This document shows positions 53,743-64,000 of a stretch of DNA of 64,000 nt, one piece after another. A program made the position numbers and the translations under genes. The notes under the pieces are model-generated. The model did not search any database. It was not told the DNA's origin and worked only from the letters and a program-made list of their open reading frames with translations. The stretch's first letter is position 1. Every line of letters starts with the position of its first letter. Source of the stretch: Nitrosopumilus sp. (GTDB lineage: Archaea; Thermoproteota; Nitrososphaeria; Nitrososphaerales; Nitrosopumilaceae); the NCBI GenBank assembly GCA_965207445.1, contig CBDBLX010000002.1:576001-640000 (forward strand), in the 5' to 3' direction.

Positions 53743-54236
53743 ATACTGCAACTGGAATTATACGTGCATTAAACTCTGGTGTTAAACACTTGGCTATCAA
53801 GCGATTTACACTACGATACCCTGAAGAAAAACTAAAGTTTGTAGGTGATGGGTACCAGTTTGACCCTTCTACTGGTGTAGGGATTGCAGGACTCAAGGGA
53901 AGACACATGCTCTTTCATGATCATTGTACTGGGTGTCAGTTGTGCTCTATTGCATGTGAGGGTGTTGCAGAAGCCATAGGAATGGTAAAGGTACCTGAAG
54001 AGCAAAAACAGAACAAAAAATCCATAATGCCGCAGATCGACTATGGCAAGTGTGTCTTTTGTGGATTGTGCGTTGATGCGTGTCCATTTTATGCGCTATA
54101 CATGACAAATGACTATGAATTATCATCATTCTCAAAAGAGGGTCTCATATACACACCTGCCCAGTTGGCAGTAAAGCCGTATGTAAAGCAGGATGCTAGT
54201 ATTCAGATAACTGATAGGGGTGCGACTCATGGCTGA
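53739..54236 (+). CDS. nuoI: NADH-quinone oxidoreductase subunit I
   Basis: CTGCQLCSIAC and CVFCGLCVDACP; ATG overlaps the nuoH stop. Confidence 0.95.
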   Translation: MNTATGIIRALNSGVKHLAIKRFTLRYPEEKLKFVGDGYQFDPSTGVGIAGLKGRHMLFHDHCTGCQLCSIACEGVAEAIGMVKVPEEQKQNKKSIMPQIDYGKCVFCGLCVDACPFYALYMTNDYELSSFSKEGLIYTPAQLAVKPYVKQDASIQITDRGATHG

Positions 54237-54744
54237 TCCTGTCTTTGTGGTTTTAGCAGTTATTACGATTGGATCTGCAATTGCCGCCCTTGAACTACGC
54301 TCATTAATATATGGCTCAATTGCTCTTATGGGAACACTTGGTGGCATTGCGGGATTCTTTTTGTTGCTTGACTCTACGTTTGTAGCACTGTTTCAGCTTG
54401 CAGTATATGTGGGGTCTATTGCTGTATTGATACTCTTTACTGTCATGCTTGTAAAACGTGAATTAATATTTAAAAAGATTGAAGACAACCGTCGCAGGTT
54501 TGCAGGTATTGCATTGATGCTTGTTGTGATGGTCGGAATTGGTGCTGTGTTTATAGACTCTGGCATCAAAGATATAACCACAGACGCACCCCCTGTTGAC
54601 TTTAGGGAGATCGGTTCTGACTTTGTCACATATTATTGGCCTGCGCTTATCTTGATGGGTCTTATTCTTGCAGGTTCTGTGACTGGTGCACTGGTGCTAG
54701 CAAGGAGGGAGGATATAGAGGAGAATGGTCAACGAACTAGTTGA
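54229..54744 (+). CDS. nuoJ: NADH-quinone oxidoreductase subunit J
   Basis: QLAVYVGSIAVLILFTVML. Confidence 0.93.
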   Translation: MADPVFVVLAVITIGSAIAALELRSLIYGSIALMGTLGGIAGFFLLLDSTFVALFQLAVYVGSIAVLILFTVMLVKRELIFKKIEDNRRRFAGIALMLVVMVGIGAVFIDSGIKDITTDAPPVDFREIGSDFVTYYWPALILMGLILAGSVTGALVLARREDIEENGQRTS

Positions 54745-55030
54745 TTTTACTCTAGTCTCCGTCGCCCTCTTGGGGATAGGGATCTATGGGCTTGCAGTAA
54801 AGCGCAATTTTATTCGAATGCTCTTTGCAGTGGAGATCATAATTAATGCGGCGAATCTGAATCTGGTGGCATTTGGCAGATTCATACCTGAGAGTGGTGG
54901 GCAGACATTGGCACTATTCTCTATTGCAATTGCTGCAGCAGAGGTGGCCGTAGGTTTATCGTTAATTATAGTGGCGTATAGGATGTATCAAAATGTGGAT
55001 ATTGCAGACTTTAGGAGCCTTAGGGGCTAG
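54725..55030 (+). CDS. nuoK: NADH-quinone oxidoreductase subunit K
   Basis: RNFIRML..VE and IAAAEVAVGL. Confidence 0.95.
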   Translation: MVNELVDFTLVSVALLGIGIYGLAVKRNFIRMLFAVEIIINAANLNLVAFGRFIPESGGQTLALFSIAIAAAEVAVGLSLIIVAYRMYQNVDIADFRSLRG

Positions 55031-55050
55031 TTGGATGGTGAAAATATAAT

Positions 55051-56778
55051 ATGATGGATTATGCGTTATTACAAGCAGTCTTTCTACCACTGTTGCTATC
55101 TCCTGTTGCTTATGTGTTGGGACGCAAGATGGGACCGTCTCCTGCAATGTGGTTTACGTTTGCAGTCTTGCTGTATTCTACTGTACTTGTGATAACATCT
55201 GCAATTCAAAACGACGTGACAGAAGAGCATTACCCGTGGACTGAACTTTTCGGAGAGTTTGGATTCTTGATGGATGGCTTGGCATCACCGTTTGCAATTA
55301 TCATATATGTACTATCTACAATACTTGCTGTATACTCTAAACCGTATATGATTCACAAGTTCAAAGAACAGTTTGAAGAAGAGCGACACACTGCGATCAC
55401 TGCTACGGCAACGCATGAGGTATCGCATGGTAGTAGCAGTAATAATACTACTAGTAACCGCGACAACGCTGATGATGATGATGCTGCTGCTGTTGCTGCT
55501 GATGTTTCTACCCCTAGTAACTCAAATAATGCCAAAGCACTAGAATCATACATCAACGCAAAATCTGGTCTGTACTTTGCACTATATCTGGTATTTGCAA
55601 TGGGTATGCTTGGAACAGTTCTTGCAACCAATTTAATCGAATTTTACATCTTCTTTGAGGTCATGCTCATACCTGGTTTCTTTTTAGTTGCATTGTGGGG
55701 TGATGGACCGCGTCGAAAGATTGGATTGATGTTCCTATTTTGGACTCATGCAGGTGCTGTTGTGCTACTTTTAGGCTTTCTTATGATTGGGCTGACGATT
55801 GGAAGCTTTGATTTTGCTGCTATTGATGAGTCTGTACTACCGTCTGATATTGCCTTGCTGTCTGGTGTTGCTATCACGATTGGACTTGGGGTAAAGTTGG
55901 CAGTCTTTATGTTTCATATATGGCTACCATACGTACATGGCTCGGCCCCTACTCCGATAAGCGCACTACTGTCTCCTGCAATGATCGGTATTGGTGCATA
56001 TGGTGTGTTTAGATTGATAGTGGAGTTATTGCCTGCGACGTTTGCAGAATTATCCATATGGCTTCATGTATGGGGACTAGTCACTATGATATATGGTGGC
56101 GCCATGGCACTCATGCAAGATGATCTCAAACGACTATTGGCGTACTCGAGTATAAGTCAGATGGGATACCTTTTGTTTGGAATTGGTTCTGCGTCTGTAC
56201 TCGGACTGTCTGGTGCAGAGATGATGTATGTCACACATGCATTGGGCAAAGGAATACTGTTCATGACCGCTGGCATTATTATTGTCAGAGTTGGCACACG
56301 TAGTATATCGAAGCTTGGTGGTCTAGCAGGTAAGATGCCAATTACTGCAGTGTGTGCTGTGATCGGTGCACTGACGATCATGGGTGTGCCCCCTACAAGT
56401 GGATTTATGGGCGAATGGATTCTATTTTATGGCGCCCTGGAGACTGCAATTGAAGAGGACTCTATGCTTCGTTCTGTTACGTTTGGATTGGGATTGGTTG
56501 CAACTGCGCTTACAATGTCTTATATGTTGTGGATGTTAAAGCGTGTCTTTTTTGGCAAGATGCCTGAGCATTTGAGCAACGTCAAAGAAGGGAGTTGGTA
56601 CATGACTGTCCCGATGATGATATTGGCAGGATTTACTATTGTATTGGGCGTGTATCCTGATATATTTTTGGAAACTATTGTTCCATATATGGAGACATTA
56701 TTTATCTCACCTGTAGCATCTACAGTGAGCGTAATTGATGCTGATGTATTGGGTGTAGGAGGAGGAGGAGTCGTATAA
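55051..56778 (+). CDS. nuoM: NADH-quinone oxidoreductase subunit M
   Basis: FYIFFE, FHIWLPYVHGSAP, LAYSSISQMG and GFMGE. Confidence 0.93.
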   Translation: MMDYALLQAVFLPLLLSPVAYVLGRKMGPSPAMWFTFAVLLYSTVLVITSAIQNDVTEEHYPWTELFGEFGFLMDGLASPFAIIIYVLSTILAVYSKPYMIHKFKEQFEEERHTAITATATHEVSHGSSSNNTTSNRDNADDDDAAAVAADVSTPSNSNNAKALESYINAKSGLYFALYLVFAMGMLGTVLATNLIEFYIFFEVMLIPGFFLVALWGDGPRRKIGLMFLFWTHAGAVVLLLGFLMIGLTIGSFDFAAIDESVLPSDIALLSGVAITIGLGVKLAVFMFHIWLPYVHGSAPTPISALLSPAMIGIGAYGVFRLIVELLPATFAELSIWLHVWGLVTMIYGGAMALMQDDLKRLLAYSSISQMGYLLFGIGSASVLGLSGAEMMYVTHALGKGILFMTAGIIIVRVGTRSISKLGGLAGKMPITAVCAVIGALTIMGVPPTSGFMGEWILFYGALETAIEEDSMLRSVTFGLGLVATALTMSYMLWMLKRVFFGKMPEHLSNVKEGSWYMTVPMMILAGFTIVLGVYPDIFLETIVPYMETLFISPVASTVSVIDADVLGVGGGGVV

Positions 56779-58868
56779 TGGCAGAAGCAGAATTGGAATC
56801 ATTTTTACCCCATATTGAAGCGATGCCTGAGGCTGCATGGTTGGTATGGATAATTCCGTTTGCTGCTGCCTTGTTGATGCCTGCAATAGGTAAAGGCTCT
56901 CAGCGAATAACTGGCTATGCTGCAGTTGGCTTTGCACTAATGTCGGCCCTTTCTGCATTTACGCTACTACCAACAGCGCTTGTCGGTGGTGAAATACATG
57001 ATCAGATCATGTGGATTGAGGCCATTGGACTAAAAGCAGGCGTGCTTGCTGATCCTCTGTCAGCTATAATGGCAAACGTGGTTGCATGGATATCATTTCT
57101 GATTATGATATATAGCACTGGCTATATGAAGGGCGACAAAAATATTGTCCGATTCTGGTTTTGGATGTTATTCTTTATAGGCTCTATGCAGTTGATTGTA
57201 CTATCTGATAATCTGTTGCAAGTATTCTTTGGCTGGGAGGGAGTCGGACTTGCGTCATATGCGTTGATCAGCTTTTGGTATCGTGACAAGCGCAAGGACC
57301 ATGTTGGACAAGAGAATCGCCGTGTATTGGGGTTGATGGATTACTATGCACCCACGCATGCTGGCATGAAGGCATTCATCATGACAAAAGTCGGTGATGT
57401 AATGATGATTGCAGGAATGCTATTGATATTCTTGTATGCTGGCACATTTGGCTTTAAAGAGTTAGTGGGTGATACTGCATGGGCAGTTGAGATGTCTGCA
57501 CAAGGACTATTGGTTCCTGCATTTGTTTTGTTGTTTGGTGGAGCTGTTGGTAAATCTGCACAATTTCCGTTAAATGAATGGCTACTAGAAGCCATGACCG
57601 GTCCTACTGCTGTCTCTGCATTGATACATGCAGCAACTATGGTAAAGGCAGGAGTATTTTTGGTTGCTCGTATAGGGCCAATAGTGTTTGCGTTGGGTGC
57701 TGCTGGTATACTAGCAGACCAATTCTTTGAGATTGTGGCTTGGGTTGGTGCAATTACTGCGTTGTTGCTTGCAACACAAGGTATGACGAATCCTGAGATC
57801 AAAAAAGTATTGGCATATTCTACTGGCTCACAGATAGGTTATATGATGATGGCCCTAGGCGTTGCTGGACTCTCGTATCAGTATGTTGATGGGTACACTG
57901 CGGGCTTTTTCCATCTAATATCACATGCAATGTTCAAAGCTTCATTGTTTATGGCAGCAGGCTCCCTTTTGCATGTGGTAGGCTCTAGATTCATGACTGA
58001 TATGGGTGGGCTACGAAAACACATGAAAAAGACATATGCGTTTATGTGGGCAGCCGGTCTGGGATTGATGGGCGCACCATTCATCACAACTGGCTTTTGG
58101 AGTAAAGATGCGATATTTGCAGCCGTCTTTGAGTCAAGTTCTGAGTGGGCATTACCTCTATATGCAATTGCAGTACTGACTGCTGTGATCACTGCATTTT
58201 ACACTACTAGAATGATTGGAATGGTATTCTTTGGTCCAAAATCAAAACACATTCAAAAGATGGAAGAAGATGGACACACTGTTCATGAAGCATCAATCTC
58301 AATGTGGGTGCCATATGGTATACTTGCAGTGTTGACTATTGGAATTGGTATAATTGGACTCTCTGCTGAGGAAGGACTGCATCATTTGTTTGATGTGTAT
58401 TTAGCAGAGTCATTTGGAATACATGCTACTGCTACTACAACACTTGAAGAATCCATATTGCCAGAATTCTTGCAAGGATTGAATCCTGTTGCACTTGGCT
58501 CGTCGCTTGTCGCATTTGCAGTTGGAATTGGACTAGGGTACATATTTTACATTGGTAGGTTAGTTGACCCTGTACGATTTGTTAATTCTAATTTATTCTT
58601 TTATGCAATACACAAAGTCATACTCAATAGATGGTATCTGAATGCTATTGTGTATTGGTGCTTTGTTGTAGCACCTCTGTGGCTTGCACGTGGTGTGTTT
58701 AGATACTTTGAGAAGACTGCAATCGATTATGGTATGAACGATGGATTACAAAAGGCGACTAGCTGGAGTGCTCGGGTGGTACAGGGAACTCAGACTGGTG
58801 TCTCGCAGTCGTATCTATTTGTGTTCGGGGCTGGACTGCTTTTCGTGGTCTTGATATTGATGATGTAA
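56778..58868 (+). CDS. nuoL: NADH-quinone oxidoreductase subunit L
   Basis: GKSAQFPL..WL.EAMTGPTAVSALIHAATMV and HAMFKA. Confidence 0.95.
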   Translation: MAEAELESFLPHIEAMPEAAWLVWIIPFAAALLMPAIGKGSQRITGYAAVGFALMSALSAFTLLPTALVGGEIHDQIMWIEAIGLKAGVLADPLSAIMANVVAWISFLIMIYSTGYMKGDKNIVRFWFWMLFFIGSMQLIVLSDNLLQVFFGWEGVGLASYALISFWYRDKRKDHVGQENRRVLGLMDYYAPTHAGMKAFIMTKVGDVMMIAGMLLIFLYAGTFGFKELVGDTAWAVEMSAQGLLVPAFVLLFGGAVGKSAQFPLNEWLLEAMTGPTAVSALIHAATMVKAGVFLVARIGPIVFALGAAGILADQFFEIVAWVGAITALLLATQGMTNPEIKKVLAYSTGSQIGYMMMALGVAGLSYQYVDGYTAGFFHLISHAMFKASLFMAAGSLLHVVGSRFMTDMGGLRKHMKKTYAFMWAAGLGLMGAPFITTGFWSKDAIFAAVFESSSEWALPLYAIAVLTAVITAFYTTRMIGMVFFGPKSKHIQKMEEDGHTVHEASISMWVPYGILAVLTIGIGIIGLSAEEGLHHLFDVYLAESFGIHATATTTLEESILPEFLQGLNPVALGSSLVAFAVGIGLGYIFYIGRLVDPVRFVNSNLFFYAIHKVILNRWYLNAIVYWCFVVAPLWLARGVFRYFEKTAIDYGMNDGLQKATSWSARVVQGTQTGVSQSYLFVFGAGLLFVVLILMM

Positions 58869-59010
<142 letters not shown>

Positions 59011-59229
59011 AATTGACATGATGAAAACAAACTCAATTACAACAAAGATGCCAAATGTGATTGGCAGTATTATTGATGTATCAAACATACATAATACTGA
59101 TGTATCCATTGTAGCATACAATGATAACTGTATATCTAACAATATGTTGACCATACTACCACCCTCAACCTCTACGCATCATAATTATGATCAAACTTGT
59201 ACTAAACATATAGGAGGTCTCTTGCCACA

Positions 59230-60717
59230 ATGATCCCAATTGACTCTACACCTATGGTACTTGCAGCAATTTTGGGTGTTGTTGGCGTTGTGTTACCTCT
59301 CATCAGTATAGCACGTCGTGAATCTGGTGGCAGTTCTTCAAACACAATGTATGCTACAATTGCTTTTGGTACAATTTTAGTTGCGCTAGGATACGTGGGT
59401 TATCAGTTCATTGATGGGCAGATGAGTGCATCTGCACTATTCTCCGATGAGGTACTCTCTGATGATGCGTTTGGTGGATTTTTTGCAATTGTCATGTTGA
59501 TAGTTGCTCTGTTTACTGTGGCAGGTTCATTTACATACATGCGCAAGCATGAGAATGCGTCACCTGCTGTATACTATTCTCTGATACTTCTTGCCACAAT
59601 AGGAATGGTGCTAGTTGCATACTCTACTGACTTGGTTATGTTGTTTGTCGCATGGGAGTTGATGAGTATTCCAACATACATACTCGTTGGATTCATGAAA
59701 CGAAATCCTGCCTCAAATGAGGCCGCCCTAAAGTACTTTTTGTTCGGTGCCCTGTCATCTGCAATTATCATTTATGGTATATCATTATCATACGGGCTGA
59801 CAGGATCAACGAATATCGGTGATGTCATAAATGGTTATGCTACACTTGATCCGTCTCTTCTCCCACTTGCGTTATTGTCAGTTGGAATGTTGATTGCAGG
59901 ATTTGGATTCAAGATGGGATTGGTGCCGTTTCATCAATGGCTGCCTGACACATATGAAGGTGCTCCTGCTCCTATCACTACACTACTTGCTGCTGCTACC
60001 AAAAAGGCAGGATTTGCTGCTGCCATTAGAATAATTATCATGGGTGCTGTTGCACTAAATACTGACTGGACTCTTGCATTGGGTGTGATTGCCATCATGA
60101 CGATGACAGTTGGAAATGTTGCTGCTATTATGCAAAAGAATCTCTCAAGAATGCTTGCCTATTCTAGTATTGCACATGCAGGCTACATATTGATAGGACT
60201 AGCAGTGGCTCCACACAGCACACTTGGATTGCAAGGTTCTTTGTATCAAATATTCAATCATGCCATCATGAAGGGGGCCGCATTTATCGCAGTTGCAGGG
60301 ATTGTGGTTGCACTAGCAGTCACACACATTGACAAGCTTGCAGGATTGGGACGAAGGATGCCAATAACTGCATTGGGACTTGTCATCTCACTATTTGCGC
60401 TTGCAGGTGTACCACCATTGTCAGGATTCTGGAGCAAGATCATGTTGTTTGGTGGGGCACTAGATGCATCTACTACTCTATGGTGGGCACCGTGGCTTGC
60501 CATTGCCGGTGTCCTAAATAGTGCATTGTCACTTGCTTATTATGGTTGGATTACACGAAAGATGTACTTTGAAGGCGAGACTCAAAAACGTATAGTAGAG
60601 CCCAAGCCAGTAATTGCTGTAATGGTATTTGCCATGATCTTTTTGGTGGGATTCGGAGTCTATCCCGAACCGCTGATACAGTTCGTTGAATTTGCCACCC
60701 CTGTAATTGATTGGTAG
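59230..60717 (+). CDS. nuoN: NADH-quinone oxidoreductase subunit N
   Basis: EAALKYF, FKMGLVPFHQWLPDTYEGAP and RMLAYSSIAHAGY. Confidence 0.95.
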   Translation: MIPIDSTPMVLAAILGVVGVVLPLISIARRESGGSSSNTMYATIAFGTILVALGYVGYQFIDGQMSASALFSDEVLSDDAFGGFFAIVMLIVALFTVAGSFTYMRKHENASPAVYYSLILLATIGMVLVAYSTDLVMLFVAWELMSIPTYILVGFMKRNPASNEAALKYFLFGALSSAIIIYGISLSYGLTGSTNIGDVINGYATLDPSLLPLALLSVGMLIAGFGFKMGLVPFHQWLPDTYEGAPAPITTLLAAATKKAGFAAAIRIIIMGAVALNTDWTLALGVIAIMTMTVGNVAAIMQKNLSRMLAYSSIAHAGYILIGLAVAPHSTLGLQGSLYQIFNHAIMKGAAFIAVAGIVVALAVTHIDKLAGLGRRMPITALGLVISLFALAGVPPLSGFWSKIMLFGGALDASTTLWWAPWLAIAGVLNSALSLAYYGWITRKMYFEGETQKRIVEPKPVIAVMVFAMIFLVGFGVYPEPLIQFVEFATPVIDW

Positions 60718-60942
60718 TCATATAATATTGATTGTTGTTTTATCTGCCAATCTTTTTTTTGTGTGGCCCCAAAAATAGGGCACTTTTGTATCCGAGTGGT
60801 TTGTGCACGTCAGTAGTTCGCAATGTGTTTTATATGATTTTATTTGAATAATCTGCAATGTCGTTAAACGTTGATGATCATACTTGATCAGATCAAATAG
60901 AGAGTGTAATATATGGGAACATTCTAGCACATTTGTTGTTAT

Positions 60943-61585
60943 ATGAAAAATGAGGTACTAGAACACCAATATGAATTGGGACAAGTAAATTATAAAGTTT
61001 TACGAAAATGATTCATCGATCTCGGACTAGACATACCAACTAGATATAACAGCAAGTATGGTGTGGATGATTATCTTGGTACACTTGCTACCATGTCACT
61101 TGACAACATGTGCGTAAATGCAGCAACACACAAAAGAAAACGCAATGAGGCTAACTATTTTAGAAAAGGAGAGCGCATAAACATACCATCTGAAAATACT
61201 GTGCTCAAATGCCTAAAGAGTGCAGATCTAGAGAAAGTAAAACAATGGGGTGACGAGAATGTCAAAGCAATGCTCAAGAATGCCAAAAAACACAACATGG
61301 TCAAAAAAGGTGGCACTATTGCAATTGATATGACCGGATGGGAATATTATGGCAAGGAACTTAAACCTGAGATCCTAAAAACAAAGCCCAAAAATGGCAC
61401 TGCAAGATTTCATTCATTTATGACAGCACAAATGGTAAATCAAGCAGGTAATTGTTTGCACATCGTATGATCAGTAATGATAAAATGGTCACAGTATGCG
61501 TAAAACCATTGAAAAATTAATTCGAGAGGATGCACGTCCGGAACTTGGCCTCTTTGATCGAGGTTTTTACAACGTTGCATGCATA
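60943..61585 (+). pseudogene. ISH3/IS4-like DDE transposase remnant
   Basis: IAIDMTGWEYYG and LFDRGFYN motifs; in-frame TGA near 61009, frameshifts after 61460, 3' truncation. Confidence 0.72.
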
Positions 61586-61600
61586 GATTGGTTCACACCT

Positions 61601-61675
61601 TGATATAAAGACAGGAATATAATCAAATACAAGTATGTGATTTACTTATTGCATTCAAAGAGCTTGGTTCACACC
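61601..61675. mobile_element. Partial MITE family B copy (right half)
   Basis: GACAGGAATATAATCAAATA.AAGTATGT...GAGCTTGGTTCACACC as at 19030-19101. Confidence 0.75.
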
Positions 61676-62029
61676 TTTAGAACACGTGGCATTATCGTCT
61701 TGCGGTGTGTACTACTGGACATCTGCATCTGAATCCGATAGAAGAGGTATGGGATATACTCAAGTGAGCAGTTGATGACGAAATTAGTTATGCGGATAAA
61801 ACGACCCATCTAACTAGAGGGGCAGTTACGCGCCGCACTTCTTGCGGCCATGTCAGACATATATAAAAAATAATCACATGTTATTTACAACCAATTCATG
61901 ACTTTGATCTGTGCTAAGACTTATGAGCGTCGTTATATGCTGGTGGGCACGCCCATGCCGGCACTTTTCGTCCTTTTTGTGGATCAATCAGAGGCCGTGT
62001 AACGAATTACGATAAAAGATGATCCTGTG

Positions 62030-62147
62030 TGCATAATAGTTTCATTAAAGATCCGATAGTTTTCTAATATTTTGTATTCATAATATGTGCTCAACTTCGA
62101 GATGAATATCAATCAAAATATCGGATCTTTAATCATATTAGTATGCA
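62030..62147. mobile_element. MITE family C (118 bp, ~33-bp imperfect TIR)
   Basis: TGCATAATAGTTTCATTAAAGATCCGATA versus inverted TATCGGATCTTTAATCATATTAGTATGCA; a third end at 20752-20787. Confidence 0.65.
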
Positions 62148-62180
62148 TAAGTACGAGACAGAACAGAATACGCAAAGTCA

Positions 62181-62558
62181 TTACTTGTCTAAGCCCGCTT
62201 CAAAAAACCAACCACGCTGTACTGCCACTGCCCGAAGACGCTGGGAAGTTTTCCTGATTTGACGGTTGGTGGCTTTTCCGAAATTAATCAATGCGTGTTC
62301 CTTATATGGCTCAGGATCAGGCACAACGTTCAGTCCCATGTGGGTGCATTCGTCCACGATCACCGCCATGACACCTCTAGACTCGCACTTGACTATGGTG
62401 GTATAATGCCGCCGTGCTTCCTCGGCCGTAATCTGATCTCCATCATAGACTGACAGGCGAGGATCACCATGCGGGGGACGAAACGCCTGAGAACCAATAC
62501 GGTCCTCATTAAAAAATCTGGGATGAATCTGTCGATACAGTCGAGTTTTGCCATTCAT
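62181..62558 (-). CDS. Hypothetical protein, candidate ART/RES-like toxin
   Basis: LYRQIHP...SQAFRP...LSVY...VPDP....HALI pattern; start probably MNGKT. Confidence 0.65.
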   Translation of the reverse strand: MNGKTRLYRQIHPRFFNEDRIGSQAFRPPHGDPRLSVYDGDQITAEEARRHYTTIVKCESRGVMAVIVDECTHMGLNVVPDPEPYKEHALINFGKATNRQIRKTSQRLRAVAVQRGWFFEAGLDK

Positions 62559-62574
62559 TTTGACATCTATTATT

Positions 62575-63059
62575 TCACGTACTTGTCTGGTCAGCGACCC
62601 ATTTCCAGTCGGCCGACTCATCTAGATCCAATGTTTTCTCGTCACTCTGGTCAGTGTCAGTATTGTAGCAGCTCCATTCGCCGTGATGATTACCAAGGTC
62701 TATCCCTAGACTGATCTCTCGCTTGCCTATACTCATTCCATGTCAACTCCGCCTTCCGGAGTAGGATACACGTAAGGAAGTGTTGCATTCTTTGGGTAAT
62801 ATCGACTAAAGATACCTGACAGCCAATCCAATCCCGAGTGGCTGGGGGCACTACCTTCTCCGTCCAACCAACCGGGTTGCATGTCGCGTAACTTGTCGAT
62901 CTGTGCCGGCACATTCAATCTGTCAGACGCGGTAATGTGTTTACGCAGCGGTATCCTACTTTTATCATTGAGTTTATCAAACTCTTGACTTATCTGATTT
63001 GTGAGCGTATTGAGTTTTGTATCTCCAATTTGTGTACACTCATCAACTGTAGTTGCCAT
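62575..63059 (-). pseudogene. Hypothetical protein (candidate antitoxin), frameshifted at ~62733
   Basis: GWLDGEGSAP...PYVYPTPEGGVDME; adding one G gives W-SIGKREISL...DWKWV. Confidence 0.6.
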
Positions 63060-63082
63060 ATTATTAGATGGATATGGTTTTA

Positions 63083-63136
63083 TATATTACTAGTTATCTA
63101 TATTACTAGTTATCTATATTACTAGTTATCTATATT
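63083..63136. repeat. 16-bp tandem repeat (TATATTACTAGTTATC) x3.4
   Basis: Read directly from the sequence. Confidence 0.93.
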
Positions 63137-63137
63137 G

Positions 63138-63219
63138 GTAACCGTTCACCCTTTCCCTCACACTCCGCCCCACAAGCCCAGAGTAGCAACAGACGCGGCT
63201 TTAACTTGATTATCTGCCC
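63138..63219. mobile_element. End of a family-A-type element (GTAACCGTTCACC...)
   Basis: Inverted homologue of 5826-5905, abutted by MITE B. Confidence 0.72.
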
Positions 63220-63368
63220 GTATGAAGCAAGCTCTTTGGACACAATAATAAAATCACATATTTGTATTTGGTCACATTCCTGCTTGTATATAGAATCCTG
63301 AATCTGCGCGACGTTTGACTTGGTGCTATTTTTTAATGACCATATCAGTCATAGAGCTTGGTTCATAC
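63220..63368. mobile_element. MITE family B copy (inverted relative to 18953-19101)
   Basis: GTATGAAGCAAGCTC...GAGCTTGGTTCATAC with a homologous interior. Confidence 0.75.
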
Positions 63369-63497
63369 AACAAGATCTGTGTGGTAAACAACGTTTAATG
63401 GATTTTCTAGGCACGAATCTTGGTTCATACCACAACACTACAAAATTCGGGATAATGTATCTTTTTATTATAATATGTATTTTGATCTAACAAGAAC

Positions 63498-63671
63498 ATG
63501 AAAAACGTAAAATACACAATACCATTCTTGGCATTGATTTTACTCGTACCTAGGGGTATGCATAACTCACTTGCACAAGGACCAATCAACGATCAGCAAG
63601 TTCAGGGTAATACTGGTAATGCGGAAGGTGAAACACATCTATTCGAAGCACTAGATGACGAACCTTTTTAA
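63498..63671 (+). pseudogene. Short ORF with signal peptide, probably a truncated secreted protein
   Basis: MKNVKYTIPFLALILLVPRGMHNSLAQ..., only 57 aa. Confidence 0.45.
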
Positions 63672-63967
63672 TGATGTCTAAAATTGTATCATATAATAAG
63701 ATTGCAAGTAAGATTCATGCAATTGTGCTTTTTTCTATGGCGGCCACCATAATTATGGCCACATGGATGATTTCATCGCACGGTTTTATTCTTGAATATT
63801 TTTTATCGTTTCATTTTACTTATGGTGTTATTTTTGCCTCGTCTGCTATAGCACTTGGCACGATACAGTGGCAGAGACACAGTGGCAGCATGTGGTATTG
63901 TGTATTGGCTTGGTATGTATCACTCCTCATTACCCTGCGCTTTTATCTTGGCACAGTCGCAACATGA
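63671..63967 (+). CDS. Small hypothetical membrane protein (three TM segments)
   Basis: Hydrophobic 98-aa ORF starting at the previous stop codon. Confidence 0.5.
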   Translation: MMSKIVSYNKIASKIHAIVLFSMAATIIMATWMISSHGFILEYFLSFHFTYGVIFASSAIALGTIQWQRHSGSMWYCVLAWYVSLLITLRFYLGTVAT

Positions 63968-64000
63968 TCAACTATAGTAACTGATCTTGACAGTGGATGA

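Overview
This is a chromosomal segment of an ammonia-oxidising archaeon (Nitrososphaerota, Nitrosopumilaceae-like), assigned from gene content and protein motifs rather than a database search. The core backbone holds thioredoxin, aIF5B (split by a 1-nt frameshift), ndk, rpl24e/rps28e/rpl7ae, Alba, sdhACDB, argH, tRNA-Lys/Asp/Pro, a degenerate HemA paralogue, ferredoxin-NADP reductase, RFC-L, the acetyl/propionyl-CoA carboxylase of the 3HP/4HB cycle, a peroxiredoxin and an 11-gene complex I operon lacking nuoEFG. Three accessory blocks interrupt it. (1) A ~15 kb island between argH and tRNA-Lys with a dead tyrosine integrase, a 1223-aa Ig/HYR/cupredoxin-like surface protein, an orphan histidine kinase with a NarX-type P-box, a PIN-domain pair, a GT-C glycosyltransferase, an IS66 and a metzincin pair. 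(2) An intact SWIM-domain IS6-family element (28-bp perfect TIRs, 8-bp TSD) followed by a secreted vanadium-haloperoxidase-like gene beside tRNA-Pro. (3) A decayed region after nuoN with an ISH3-like remnant and a candidate toxin-antitoxin pair. At least three MITE families, many IS remnants and pervasive simple-repeat expansions (including inside housekeeping genes) suggest an eroding, possibly host-associated genome (inference). No CRISPR array or rRNA was seen.
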